This document shows, piece by piece, positions 1 to 10,064 of a stretch of 46,986 nt of DNA. The notes beneath the pieces were generated by a model. That model had not been told where the DNA came from, did no database searches, and worked only from the letters and a program-made list of their open reading frames with translations. Each line of letters starts with the position of its first letter. Within the stretch, counting starts at the first letter, position 1. The DNA comes from an uncultured delta proteobacterium. GTDB taxonomy: Bacteria > Myxococcota_A > Polyangia > Fen-1088. Made by a program: the position numbers and the translations under genes. The DNA lies in NCBI GenBank assembly GCA_963737265.1, contig CAVTRY010000001.1:1-46986 (forward strand). The letters run 5' to 3'.

Positions 1-1
1 G

Positions 2-244
2 GCCGGACCCGGAGGTGGCAGCGTCTACACCGAGCCGCTGCGGATGCTGGCGTCGGTGTTCGGTGAGGTGATGCTGATCGAGATCCTGGCCAAGGCGCGC
101 GCCGACCTGCTGGACCGGGTTCGGCTGCTACTTGACGAGGAACTGGTCAGGTTCGTTGAGGTGCTCGACGCGGCCGGGGCCTGCGACGACGTCGCGGCCA
201 TCCGGCTTTACCAGGCGGAATTCTCGCTCGAGGCGGTTAGGTGA
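2..244 (+). CDS. 3' end of a dynamin-like/GTPase-pair protein (partial, runs off the window start)
   Basis: Frame open from base 2 (…LASVFGEVMLIEILAKARADLLDRVRLLLDEELVRF…), similar to the C-terminus of the first gene of actinobacterial dynamin-like GTPase pairs; GTGA overlap with the next gene. Confidence 0.6.
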   Translation, partial: AGPGGGSVYTEPLRMLASVFGEVMLIEILAKARADLLDRVRLLLDEELVRFVEVLDAAGACDDVAAIRLYQAEFSLEAVR

Positions 245-2145
245 CAGCGAACACGATCGGGGTGACCGGGCTGGCGCACTCGCGGCTGCCCGCCAGGCTC
301 GCCTCGCTCCAGGAACTGACCAAGATCGGGTCCGGAAGAACCGGCTCCGAAGGGTTCAGCCAGGAACTCCTCACCGAGGCAGAAACGCTGCTGCGGCGGT
401 CAGGCGAGCGGATGCGGATGTCTGCCTCGCACACCGTGGTGGCCTTGGCGGGCGGGACCGGCAGTGGCAAGTCCTCGCTGTTCAACGCCCTGGCCGGGGC
501 GAATTTCTCGCCCGCCGGCGTGACCAGGCCGACCACCAAGCACTCACACGCGTGCGTGTGGGGGATGGAAGGGGCCGCCCCGCTGCTCGACTGGCTCGGC
601 GTGCAGCGGCGTCACCGCTACGCGCGGGCGAGCGCGCTCGACGAGGGCGAGGCGTCGCTGACCGGCATGCTCCTGCTTGACCTGCCCGACCACGACTCGG
701 TGGTCACCGGCTCGGCGGCGCTGGTCGACCGCTTGGTCAAGCTGGCCGACATGCTCGTCTGGGTGCTCGACCCGCTGAAATACGCGGACGCGTCCGTGCA
801 CCGCCGCTACCTAGTCCCGCTGGCCGGGCACGCCGCGGTGACCACGGTGGTGCTCAACCAGGTCGACACGCTTAGCCCTGACCAGGCTGCCGACTGCGAG
901 TCCGACCTGCGTCGCCTGCTCGACGCCGAAGGTCTGTCGGAGACTCACGTACTGGTGACCTCCGCGACCACTGGCGTCGGCCTCAACGAACTGCGCCGCG
1001 TGCTGGCCGGCGCGGTGGCCGCCAGGCGGGCCGCGAGTGACAGGATCACCGCGGACATCGACGCCCTGCTCGAGAGGTTCGCGGTCTACGCCGGGGACTC
1101 GGTGCCCGGCTGGCTGCCCCCCGTGACACCCGTACCGCTGCTTTCGGCCGCTCCCGATGCTGCCCCACCAGAACCGGCTTCCAGCCGGGTTTCGGCCCGC
1201 CCTCCCTGGGAGCAGGCGGACGGTGACGAGCACGAGGGCAACGGGCGGGCAGGCGCAGCCGACTGGCAGCCCTGGCAGACGACCGCAGCGCCGACGCGCC
1301 CGTTGTCCTCCGCGCGGCCGCCGTGGGAGGACGCGACGCAGGACGGCAACGGCACCGGCCAGCCCGCCGAGGATCCCGCGATCTACGTGCCCGCCGGTCC
1401 GGTCGGCACGCTGACCGCGGCGTTCGCGAAGGCCGCTGGGGCCAGGGCGGTCACCGAGACGCTGAACGGCGTGCGTGAGCGCAGCGCCGCCGGCTACATC
1501 GGCTGGCCGCCGGCCCGCATCGCCGCTCGCGTGCGCGGAGAGGCGCCGGCCCACAAGCTGCTGGCCAGCGACCCGGGCCAGGCCGGGCAGGCGCAGCGGC
1601 CCGATATCGACAACGCGATCAACGTGTTCGCCAATGAGGTGGGCAGTTCGCTGCCCGATCCTTGGTCGCGGACCGTGCGGGCAGCGGCGCGGTCCCGAGC
1701 CGACGAGGCCCAGTCGGCCCTTGGGACCGCGGTGGCGCAAGGCCTGCCGTCGCGCGACAAGGTGACCAACTGGTGGCGGCTGGTCGCGCTCGCCCAGTGG
1801 CTGCTGATGGCGCTGATGCTGGCCGGCCTGATCTGGATCGTGCTGATCCTGGCGTTCGGCGAGTCCAGCTCGGCGCGCAAGTCACCGTCCCTGGTCAACG
1901 ACGTCTCCCTGGCTCCGTGGCTCGGGGTCATGGTGGTGGCGTTGCTGCTGCTGGGCTGGCTGATCTCGTCGTGGTGCCAGAACATGGTCGTCCTCGCCGC
2001 CGATCGCGAGCGCGAGCAGGCGGTGCACGACATCTTGGCCCGGATCGCTACCGTCGCCAACGATCTGGTCGTAACCCCGGTCGGTCGCGAACTCGGCGAC
2101 TACGAGCGGTTCCGCACCGAACTAGCCGCCGCCCGCGCCAGCTAG
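241..2145 (+). CDS. YfjP/Era-like (dynamin-related) GTPase with C-terminal transmembrane helices
   Basis: G1 GGTGSGKSS, G2 RPTT, G3 DLPD, G4 NQVD; two hydrophobic helices near the C-terminus. Confidence 0.85.
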   Translation: MTANTIGVTGLAHSRLPARLASLQELTKIGSGRTGSEGFSQELLTEAETLLRRSGERMRMSASHTVVALAGGTGSGKSSLFNALAGANFSPAGVTRPTTKHSHACVWGMEGAAPLLDWLGVQRRHRYARASALDEGEASLTGMLLLDLPDHDSVVTGSAALVDRLVKLADMLVWVLDPLKYADASVHRRYLVPLAGHAAVTTVVLNQVDTLSPDQAADCESDLRRLLDAEGLSETHVLVTSATTGVGLNELRRVLAGAVAARRAASDRITADIDALLERFAVYAGDSVPGWLPPVTPVPLLSAAPDAAPPEPASSRVSARPPWEQADGDEHEGNGRAGAADWQPWQTTAAPTRPLSSARPPWEDATQDGNGTGQPAEDPAIYVPAGPVGTLTAAFAKAAGARAVTETLNGVRERSAAGYIGWPPARIAARVRGEAPAHKLLASDPGQAGQAQRPDIDNAINVFANEVGSSLPDPWSRTVRAAARSRADEAQSALGTAVAQGLPSRDKVTNWWRLVALAQWLLMALMLAGLIWIVLILAFGESSSARKSPSLVNDVSLAPWLGVMVVALLLLGWLISSWCQNMVVLAADREREQAVHDILARIATVANDLVVTPVGRELGDYERFRTELAAARAS

Positions 2146-2580
2146 GCCTCCGCCGCCTCAGCCGACCCTTGATTTCCGTGGACGACTGCCTCGCTGATGA
2201 TCTCCGTCTTCAGCCGGGTCCTCTGGCCGCGCCGCCGCTATTCCGGCGACAACGAGGCGGCCTCCTACGCGCACAAACTGGCCAAGGTACTCGCCAGGGG
2301 TCACGCACCCGATGACAGCTCCGCGCCTTAGCGCTGAGTTGCCCGAACGCGAGCCAGGATCGGATCCCTCTCGACCGCCGTGCCATGTAACCGTGGCAGA
2401 GTCCGCGGCGCGGCGATCCATTTCTCAGATGGGGTACCGGGTGGGTTCGGTGACGCACTGACGCCCGGAGGGGGTGGTCAAGCGGACGGTGCCGTCGGGG
2501 AGCTGGTCGGCTTTCCACCGGAGGGTGCTGCTTGAGCCGGTGGTCGTGCCGGCACTTCGGATAATGGTCGCACTCGCAGG

Positions 2581-3417
2581 TCAGCCGGACAACTCGCTGA
2601 GGGATGGCGGGCGGGGCCTGGTAGTGCGGGCAGGAAGGAGCCTGGCTATCAGGAATGAGACCGCGAAGGCGGCGAGCCACAAATAGGCGATGCTCCGGGT
2701 GAGGGATCGTTGCTGGCCGGAGATGCCCTGAAGGGACTGTGCGGCCAGGACGAACCCTGGATGCAACCCGCCGTAGGGCTCGATGATCGCGGCTTCGCGG
2801 AGGCCGGGTCCGGGTTGCCAGGTAATGCGGTCCTGGCCGTGCGCGGCAACCCAGGCGAGCACTCCGGCGGGAAGCCCGGGAGTGCGGCCGTTGAGGTGAC
2901 CGGAGCTGGCCAGGACGTGGTGCTGGGCGTCGAACACGATGACGAACGGGGCGGGGGCTGATGCCATGTTAATTACCGGCGGGAGGACGCTGCCCGGCGG
3001 TGATCCGGACGCGAGTTGCCCGGCCGCTGCTGCGGCGAGCCGCAGGGGCTGGCGGTCGCCGCCGTTCCGGAGGCTCAGCCCGTAACTGAGCCAGGCCAGG
3101 CACGCCGCGACGGTGATCAGGAGGACGCCGGTGACCCACCATCCCCGCCGGGCCTGCCATCGGGCCAGGCTGACGGGATGGCTGACCTCATGGCGCCAGG
3201 ACAGGTCGTGCCAGGCGCCCCGGACGAGCCGGCTCATCATCGCCGCCGCCGTCATGGCGGGCCGCTCGCGGCGGGATCGAGCCTCGTCGAGCTGCCCGTG
3301 CACGTCAGCGCCGATCTCCTCACGGCGGCGGTCGCGGATCGGGGCTGGCAGGCCCGCGGTGTACAGGCGCGTCCAGCGCGCCGCCACGCGAGCAGATGCC
3401 GCCTGGAGCCATGTCAT
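2581..3417 (-). CDS. PadR-associated membrane protein (N-terminal helical prefix, TM, extracytoplasmic domain, TM)
   Basis: WTRLYTAGLPAPIRDRRREEI…DLSWR prefix typical of genes following padR; ATGA overlap with padR; two TM segments. Confidence 0.7.
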   Translation of the reverse strand: MTWLQAASARVAARWTRLYTAGLPAPIRDRRREEIGADVHGQLDEARSRRERPAMTAAAMMSRLVRGAWHDLSWRHEVSHPVSLARWQARRGWWVTGVLLITVAACLAWLSYGLSLRNGGDRQPLRLAAAAAGQLASGSPPGSVLPPVINMASAPAPFVIVFDAQHHVLASSGHLNGRTPGLPAGVLAWVAAHGQDRITWQPGPGLREAAIIEPYGGLHPGFVLAAQSLQGISGQQRSLTRSIAYLWLAAFAVSFLIARLLPARTTRPRPPSLSELSG

Positions 3418-3773
3418 GCCGGGGCCAGCCCGAGACCCGGGCGCGACGCGGTGCTGGCACGCTGCCCGGTGCTGCGCAAGACCGCCTGCTCGCCGCTGGG
3501 TGTGACCCGGTACAGGCGCCGGCGTGGCCGGCGTCCGGCCTCGGCCAGGCCGGGATCCTCCCAGGAGCTGGTGAGCAGGCCGGCCTGTTCGAGGCGGGCC
3601 AGTGCCTTGTACAAGGTGCCGTGGGCGGTCAGCTGCCGGGCGGCGCTGGCATCGCGGATCTGCCTGGCCATGGCGAAGCCGTAGAAACCGGGCTCGCCAG
3701 CGGCGGCCAGCTCGATGCCGCCAGCCAGGATTGCCTGCTCGATCGGCAGCAGCTCACCTGCTCGCCTGCGCAT
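3414..3773 (-). CDS. PadR-family transcriptional regulator
   Basis: FYGFAMA…HGTLYKALARLEQAGLLTSSWE…RPRRRLYRVTPSG wHTH motif; ATG at 3773. Confidence 0.9.
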   Translation of the reverse strand: MRRRAGELLPIEQAILAGGIELAAAGEPGFYGFAMARQIRDASAARQLTAHGTLYKALARLEQAGLLTSSWEDPGLAEAGRRPRRRLYRVTPSGEQAVLRSTGQRASTASRPGLGLAPA

Positions 3774-3779
3774 GCCGCA

Positions 3780-3809
3780 AGTATAGGAAGATATCTTCCT
3801 ATACAGCAA
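3780..3809 (-). promoter_or_regulatory. Leaderless padR promoter overlapped by a perfect 24-bp palindromic operator
   Basis: GTATAGGAAGATATCTTCCTATAC (3781-3804) is its own reverse complement; TATACT -10 (3785-3780) lies 6 nt before the ATG. Confidence 0.75.
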
Positions 3810-4017
3810 GCCGCCAGCGGGCAGGTCTCGCGCCAGATGTAAAGGATCATCGGGCCGGGCGAGTCAGCTAGGTCCTCGTGCCCATCGGGGCGCGCTCGCA
3901 GGCCAGTTATGACCGTGACGGCGATCGCCTTGCGGGCTGCCGAGGAATGTCGGCGCCCGCGTCTACCATCTGCTCGCCGCAAGTAAGGCGGCCAGCGAGG
4001 CTGGGCAATCCGACCGG

Positions 4018-4208
4018 TTAAGGCCCCCGTCCTTCGGGCGCAGCGAGATCAGGGTCCTGCTGGTCTTCGACCCGTGGCGGGCAGCGATCCTGCTGGTGGC
4101 GGGAGACAAGTCAGGGCAGTGGGACAAGTGGTACCGATCGCTATTCCCCGCGCCGAGAAGCTGTACGACGATTATCTTGCCGAGCGGCGGAAGGAGATGG
4201 GGTCATGA
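4018..4208 (+). pseudogene. Truncated, frameshifted RelE/HigB (Gp49-like) toxin remnant
   Basis: LRPPSFGRSEIRVLLVFDPWRAAILLVAGDKSGQWDKWYR, then a frameshift to AIPRAEKLYDDYLAERRKEMGS*; no start codon or N-terminal half; ATGA overlap with the antitoxin. Confidence 0.8.
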
Positions 4209-4525
4209 GCGGCGTGTCACGCTGGCGGGACTCTGGGCACCTGGAGCGTGCCGTCGAGACGGCGGGCGGCCAGGATGCCTTCGACGCCGCCGTCGCCGCG
4301 ATGCTGGATGATGCCCGCGGCTGGCGACTGGCCGAGATGCGCAAGCGGCGCGGGATGACGCAGGAGCAGGTCGCCATCCGGATGGGCATCTCGGTTGCCC
4401 GGGTCTCCCAGATCGAGAACGGTGACGTCTCCACCCAGGACGTGCTGAGCCGGTTTGTTGCCGCCCTTGGCGGCACTCTCAAGCTCGTCGCCGATTTCGG
4501 CGACGAGCAGCTAAAGCTGGCCTGA
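4205..4525 (+). CDS. XRE/HigA-like HTH antitoxin
   Basis: LAEMRKRRGMTQEQVAIRMGISVARVSQIENG…FVAALGGTLKLVADFGD. Confidence 0.88.
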   Translation: MSGVSRWRDSGHLERAVETAGGQDAFDAAVAAMLDDARGWRLAEMRKRRGMTQEQVAIRMGISVARVSQIENGDVSTQDVLSRFVAALGGTLKLVADFGDEQLKLA

Positions 4526-4752
4526 TCATCGAGAGCCAGGCAAGCCGACCTGTGTCGTTATCGTTTGCATGATCGAGTGTCTTCACACACATCCAGGGCA
4601 GCTCGCGTGCTCTGCAGCGAGCGTGCCTCGTCCGGCAGGCTCGCCGCCCAGCCGTGAGTGTCCCTTTCGCCAAGACCCAGACCACCGCGACCTGGCAGGA
4701 TCGAAACCGACCGAATCGGCGCTGGTAGCGGAAACAAGAGGGGCACGTCACG

Positions 4753-6123
4753 ATGGTAGAAGAGCAGCCGAAATGGCGCACGGGGAAGATCTGCTACATC
4801 GAGATCCCTACCGTGGATGTGGCTCGCTCCGCCGAGTTCTACCAGCAGGCGTTCGGCTGGAAGATGAGGCAGACAGGTGACGGCTCCACGTCCTTTGACG
4901 ACACCGTCGGGGAGGTGAGCGGAACCTTCGTCGTCGGTCGCCCGCCCGCCACCGAGCCCGGCTTCGGTATCTACATCATGGTGGCCGACGCCGAGGCGAC
5001 CCTGGCCGCGGTGCAGGTCGCGGGCGGCGAGGTCGTCCGGCCGGTGGACCCGGCCGCGGGCGAGGTATTCGCCTGGTTCAGAGATCCCGGCGGCAACACC
5101 CTCGGTGTCTACCAGCAGCCCGGCCTAGCGCAGACCGAGGCGGCCGGGGACGACACCGCCGACCTCTGGCAGATGCTGGACCTGGCCACCCCTTGGTGTC
5201 TCCACGTGGCCGCGACCTTGCGCATCCCCGAACACATCTCCGCGGGCCACACCGGCATCGCCGAACTCGCTGCGGCGGCTGGCTGCGACCGCGACGCCCT
5301 CCATGCCGTCCTCGGCCACCTCGTCTCCAAGGGGGTGTTCACCGAAGAATCGCCCGGGCGATTCGCCTACAACCGGGCCGCCGAGCAGCTCGCGGAGTCA
5401 AGCTTCCTCGATCTCGACGGCATCGGCGGTCGGATGGCCCATACCTGGGGAACGCTGCTCGACTACGTCCGCACCGGTCAGTCGGCCTACCAGCAGGTGT
5501 TCGGGCGGCCCTTCTGGGAGGACTTGGCCGCCCACCCGCAAATCGCAGCGGAGTTCGACGCGCTCATGGGACCGGCCGGGCACGGCATCCCAGACTTCGA
5601 CATCGAGCTCAGCGCTGGGTGGGACAACGTCCGCACCGTCGTCGATGTCGGCGGCGGGACCGGGGCCTTGCTGGCCTCGCTGCTCCGGCGCCACCCTCAG
5701 GCAGAAGGCATCCTCGTCGACCTCCCCGGCACGGTGGCCAGAGCCGACGATGTCATCGACAGCTTCGGAGTCTCCGGCCGGGTGACAGTCAAAGGGCAGA
5801 GCTTCTTCGATCCACTCCCCGCCGGAGCCGACCTCTACCTGCTGAAGAGCGTCCTCAACGACTGGGCCGACGAGCCGACCGTGGCCATCTTGCGCCGCTG
5901 CGCCGAGGCGGTCCGGCCAGACGGCACCGTCGCCGTCCTCGGCGGCGTCTCGGCCGACGAAGCGCCCCGCTCACTGGGTATCGACATGCTGGTGGCGGGC
6001 GGGAAGACCAGCACGCTCACGCAGTTCACCGAGCTCGCGCGGCAAGCCGGCCTCGAGGTTGTCGCCGCCCGCACGCAGTCATCCGGCCGGTTCGTGGTCG
6101 AGTGCCAGCCCGTAGAACCATAA
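4753..6123 (+). CDS. VOC/glyoxalase domain fused to a SAM-dependent O-methyltransferase (COMT-like, with dimerisation domain)
   Basis: aa ~1-125 VOC (GKICYIEIP…FRDPGGNTLGVYQ); remainder has VVDVGGGTG, SFFDPLPAGADLYLLKSVLNDW. Confidence 0.85.
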   Translation: MVEEQPKWRTGKICYIEIPTVDVARSAEFYQQAFGWKMRQTGDGSTSFDDTVGEVSGTFVVGRPPATEPGFGIYIMVADAEATLAAVQVAGGEVVRPVDPAAGEVFAWFRDPGGNTLGVYQQPGLAQTEAAGDDTADLWQMLDLATPWCLHVAATLRIPEHISAGHTGIAELAAAAGCDRDALHAVLGHLVSKGVFTEESPGRFAYNRAAEQLAESSFLDLDGIGGRMAHTWGTLLDYVRTGQSAYQQVFGRPFWEDLAAHPQIAAEFDALMGPAGHGIPDFDIELSAGWDNVRTVVDVGGGTGALLASLLRRHPQAEGILVDLPGTVARADDVIDSFGVSGRVTVKGQSFFDPLPAGADLYLLKSVLNDWADEPTVAILRRCAEAVRPDGTVAVLGGVSADEAPRSLGIDMLVAGGKTSTLTQFTELARQAGLEVVAARTQSSGRFVVECQPVEP

Positions 6124-6137
6124 AGAAGGGATCGACC

Positions 6138-6521
6138 ATGACCCAGGACTCCGAAGCCGACCGGGTGCTCGGCCTCGTTCACGGGCAGGTCTGCTACCTG
6201 CAACTGCCGGCGGCCAACCGCGAGCGAGCGGCCACGTTCTACCAGGCGGTCTTCGGCTGGCATATCGAGGCGCACTACCCGGACTTCGAGGCGCCCGGCC
6301 TCATCGGCCAGTGGGTCGAGGGCCGTCCGCCGGCCCGGGACGCCGGCCCGATGATCTGGATCCACGTCGCCGACATGGCCGAAACGCTCGAACGGGTGAC
6401 CGCGATCGGCGGCGGAATCCTCGAACCTCCCGCCCCCGATGGCCCGACCCGCACCCTCGCCACGATCATCGACCCGGAAGGCAACCCCATTGGCCTGGCT
6501 GGCCACACGCCGCCGCCCTGA
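6138..6521 (+). CDS. VOC/glyoxalase-bleomycin-resistance family protein
   Basis: RBS-like AAGAAGGG then ATG 6138; GQVCYLQLPA…FYQAVFGW…IIDPEGNPIGL. Confidence 0.85.
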   Translation: MTQDSEADRVLGLVHGQVCYLQLPAANRERAATFYQAVFGWHIEAHYPDFEAPGLIGQWVEGRPPARDAGPMIWIHVADMAETLERVTAIGGGILEPPAPDGPTRTLATIIDPEGNPIGLAGHTPPP

Positions 6522-6652
6522 CTGCGCCGGCGCGCCGCCTGGCGCGGCCCGAGGATTCAGCTTCAGGCGGAACAGGCGCCGGTAAGTACCGGATCCATTT
6601 CGTGGTTACAGTGTAATCCTGTAATCAGATCGTGTACGGGCTGGGAGATGTC

Positions 6653-7594
6653 ATGGAGGCCAGTCACCCCCTGGACGCATATTCGCAGATCGTTTCCGCT
6701 GTGGCCGAACGGCTCACGCCCAAGGTCGCGAGCCTCCGCGTGCCCCGCGGCCAAGGCGCAGGCCGAGGCCAAGGCGGAGAGAGCCTTGGCTCAGGCGTGG
6801 TCTTCACCGGCGACGGGTTCCTGCTGACCAACGCCCACGTGGTCGGCCGCGCGACCAGCGGCAGCGCGTCGTTCTCCGACGGTACGTCGGCCCCGTTCCG
6901 GGTGGTGGGCGCGGATCCGCTGTCCGATCTAGCGGTGCTGCGCGCCAACGGCCCGACCCCGGAGCCCGCCGAGCTCGGCGAGGCCGACAAGCTTGTGGTC
7001 GGGCAGTTGGTGGTGGCGGTCGGCAACCCGCTCGGGCTGGCCGGCTCGGTGACGGCCGGCGTGGTCAGTGCGCTCGGCCGGTCCCTGCCGGCCCGCGGTC
7101 GGTTGATCGAGGACGTCATCCAGACCGACGCCGCGCTCAACCCGGGCAACTCGGGCGGCGCGCTGGCCGACGCCAACGCGCGCGTGGTCGGCATCAACAC
7201 CGCCGTGGCCGGCGTAGGCCTGGGCATGGCGGTCCCGGTCAACGACACCACGCGGCGGATCATCTCCGCACTGATGCGCGACGGCCGGGTCCGGCGGGCC
7301 TACCTGGGCCTGGTCACGATGCCCGGCCCAGTGCCCGCGAACTGGCGCGAGCGGCTCGGCCGGACGACCGGCCTGCTGGTTGCCGAGGTCGTCAGCGGCG
7401 GACCCGCCGATCGGGCCGGCCTGCGTCCGGGGGACCTGCTGCTCACCGCGGCCGCCCAGGCGGTGAAGTCGGCCCAGGACCTGCAGCGGCTGATGTTCTC
7501 CGAGGCGATCGGCCGCCCCCTGGCCATCACCGTCATGCGCAACGGCGCCCTGGTCGACGTCATCGCCGAACCCTCAGAGCTCGTCGCCGCCTGA
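6653..7594 (+). CDS. S1C (HtrA/DegP-like) serine protease, trypsin + PDZ, no obvious signal peptide
   Basis: LTNAHVV, DLAVLR, IQTDAALNPGNSGG catalytic motifs; C-terminal PDZ. Confidence 0.92.
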   Translation: MEASHPLDAYSQIVSAVAERLTPKVASLRVPRGQGAGRGQGGESLGSGVVFTGDGFLLTNAHVVGRATSGSASFSDGTSAPFRVVGADPLSDLAVLRANGPTPEPAELGEADKLVVGQLVVAVGNPLGLAGSVTAGVVSALGRSLPARGRLIEDVIQTDAALNPGNSGGALADANARVVGINTAVAGVGLGMAVPVNDTTRRIISALMRDGRVRRAYLGLVTMPGPVPANWRERLGRTTGLLVAEVVSGGPADRAGLRPGDLLLTAAAQAVKSAQDLQRLMFSEAIGRPLAITVMRNGALVDVIAEPSELVAA

Positions 7595-8203
7595 GCCCGG
7601 CCAGGCACCCGGCCAAGCACCCGGCCAAGCACTCGAGGCCGGCTGCGAGGCGTCCGGCCGCGACGCGTCCGGCTGCGAGGCGGCCCGCAGGAATCGCCGC
7701 ACCGCCACCGGACTGGTGAGCCGAACGAAGCGGAGATGGTCGTTCTCCGGATCGGCCATCGCCGCCTCGAACTTGACCCGGTTGGCGGTGTGCGTCTGCC
7801 AGGCCCAGGAGATGACGGATTCCTCCTTGTCCAGGGTGAACAGGTTGCCCCAGTGCTCACGGTTGCCGTTCCACAGTTCGACCCGTCCAGCCACGCGCCG
7901 GAAAGACCGCCGGATGATCCGGCCCATCACCGTGCGCCGCGGCAGGTCGAGCCAGACCACGGTGTCCGCGCGGGCCCAAACGATGTCCCGGACCCTGCTG
8001 TAGTTGCCGTCGATCACCCAGCGCTCGCCCGCCACCACCAAAGCGACGCGGCGCCGGAACTCCTCGGTGGGCAGCGGCACCCAGTCGGCCTGGTGGTAAA
8101 CCGAGTCGAGCTCGAGAAAATCAGCACCAAGCACGGCCGCCAGCGACGAGGCCAGGGTGGATTTTCCCGAACCTGAGGTGCCAATCACCGAGACCCGTCG
8201 CAC
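7574..8203 (-). CDS. P-loop kinase of the adenylate kinase-like / topology modulation (FlaR) family
   Basis: VIGTSGSGKST, ELDSVYHQADW, WVIDGNYS, ADTVVWLD; GTG start at 8203. Confidence 0.85.
   Translation of the reverse strand: MRRVSVIGTSGSGKSTLASSLAAVLGADFLELDSVYHQADWVPLPTEEFRRRVALVVAGERWVIDGNYSRVRDIVWARADTVVWLDLPRRTVMGRIIRRSFRRVAGRVELWNGNREHWGNLFTLDKEESVISWAWQTHTANRVKFEAAMADPENDHLRFVRLTSPVAVRRFLRAASQPDASRPDASQPASSAWPGAWPGAWPGSGGDEL
7596..7683. repeat. Two short tandem arrays (3x12 bp CCCGGCCARGCA; 3x15 bp CCGGCYGCGASGCGK)
   Basis: Units at 7596/7608/7620 and 7639/7654/7669; they encode the (AWPG)n and (PDASQ/R)n tail of the kinase. Confidence 0.75.
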
Positions 8204-8299
8204 AGCCGCCGAACCTAGCAACCGTCCCCCCTGCTTGTCACCCTCATTTCCGTCCGGCCATGATGGGCACATGATCGCCAGCAGGAAGGATCCGGTCAG

Positions 8300-9951
<1,652 letters not shown>

Positions 9952-9955
<4 letters not shown>

Positions 9956-10064
9956 GCGAACTGAAGGGGCGCGGTGACGCCTGGACTGAGGAGCGAGGAA
10001 CGAGCGACGAGGGAAGGCGGCGCCTTAAGGCGCCCCGGAAGCGAGCGGGAGTCACTGGATGAGC
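9952..10064 (+). repeat. MIRU-like intergenic insertion with ATGAGC duplication, encoding a 36-aa coupled mini-ORF
   Basis: ATGAGC at 9952 and 10059; ORF 9952-10062 overlaps the hutU stop and the next start by ATGA; internal inverted repeat GGGGCGC/GCGCCCC. Confidence 0.65.

Noticed and set aside
5193-6521. 442-aa ORF with an Arg-rich N-terminus
   Set aside because: Only 6138-6521 is a credible gene; the rest is an alternative frame of the methyltransferase
6606-6626. TTACA-G-TGTAA palindrome and TGTAATC repeat upstream of the protease
   Set aside because: Possible operator, but short and no cognate regulator can be assigned
7596-7683. Short tandem repeats as a possible CRISPR array
   Set aside because: Units are 12-15 bp with no spacers and no cas genes; no CRISPR array was seen anywhere in the window
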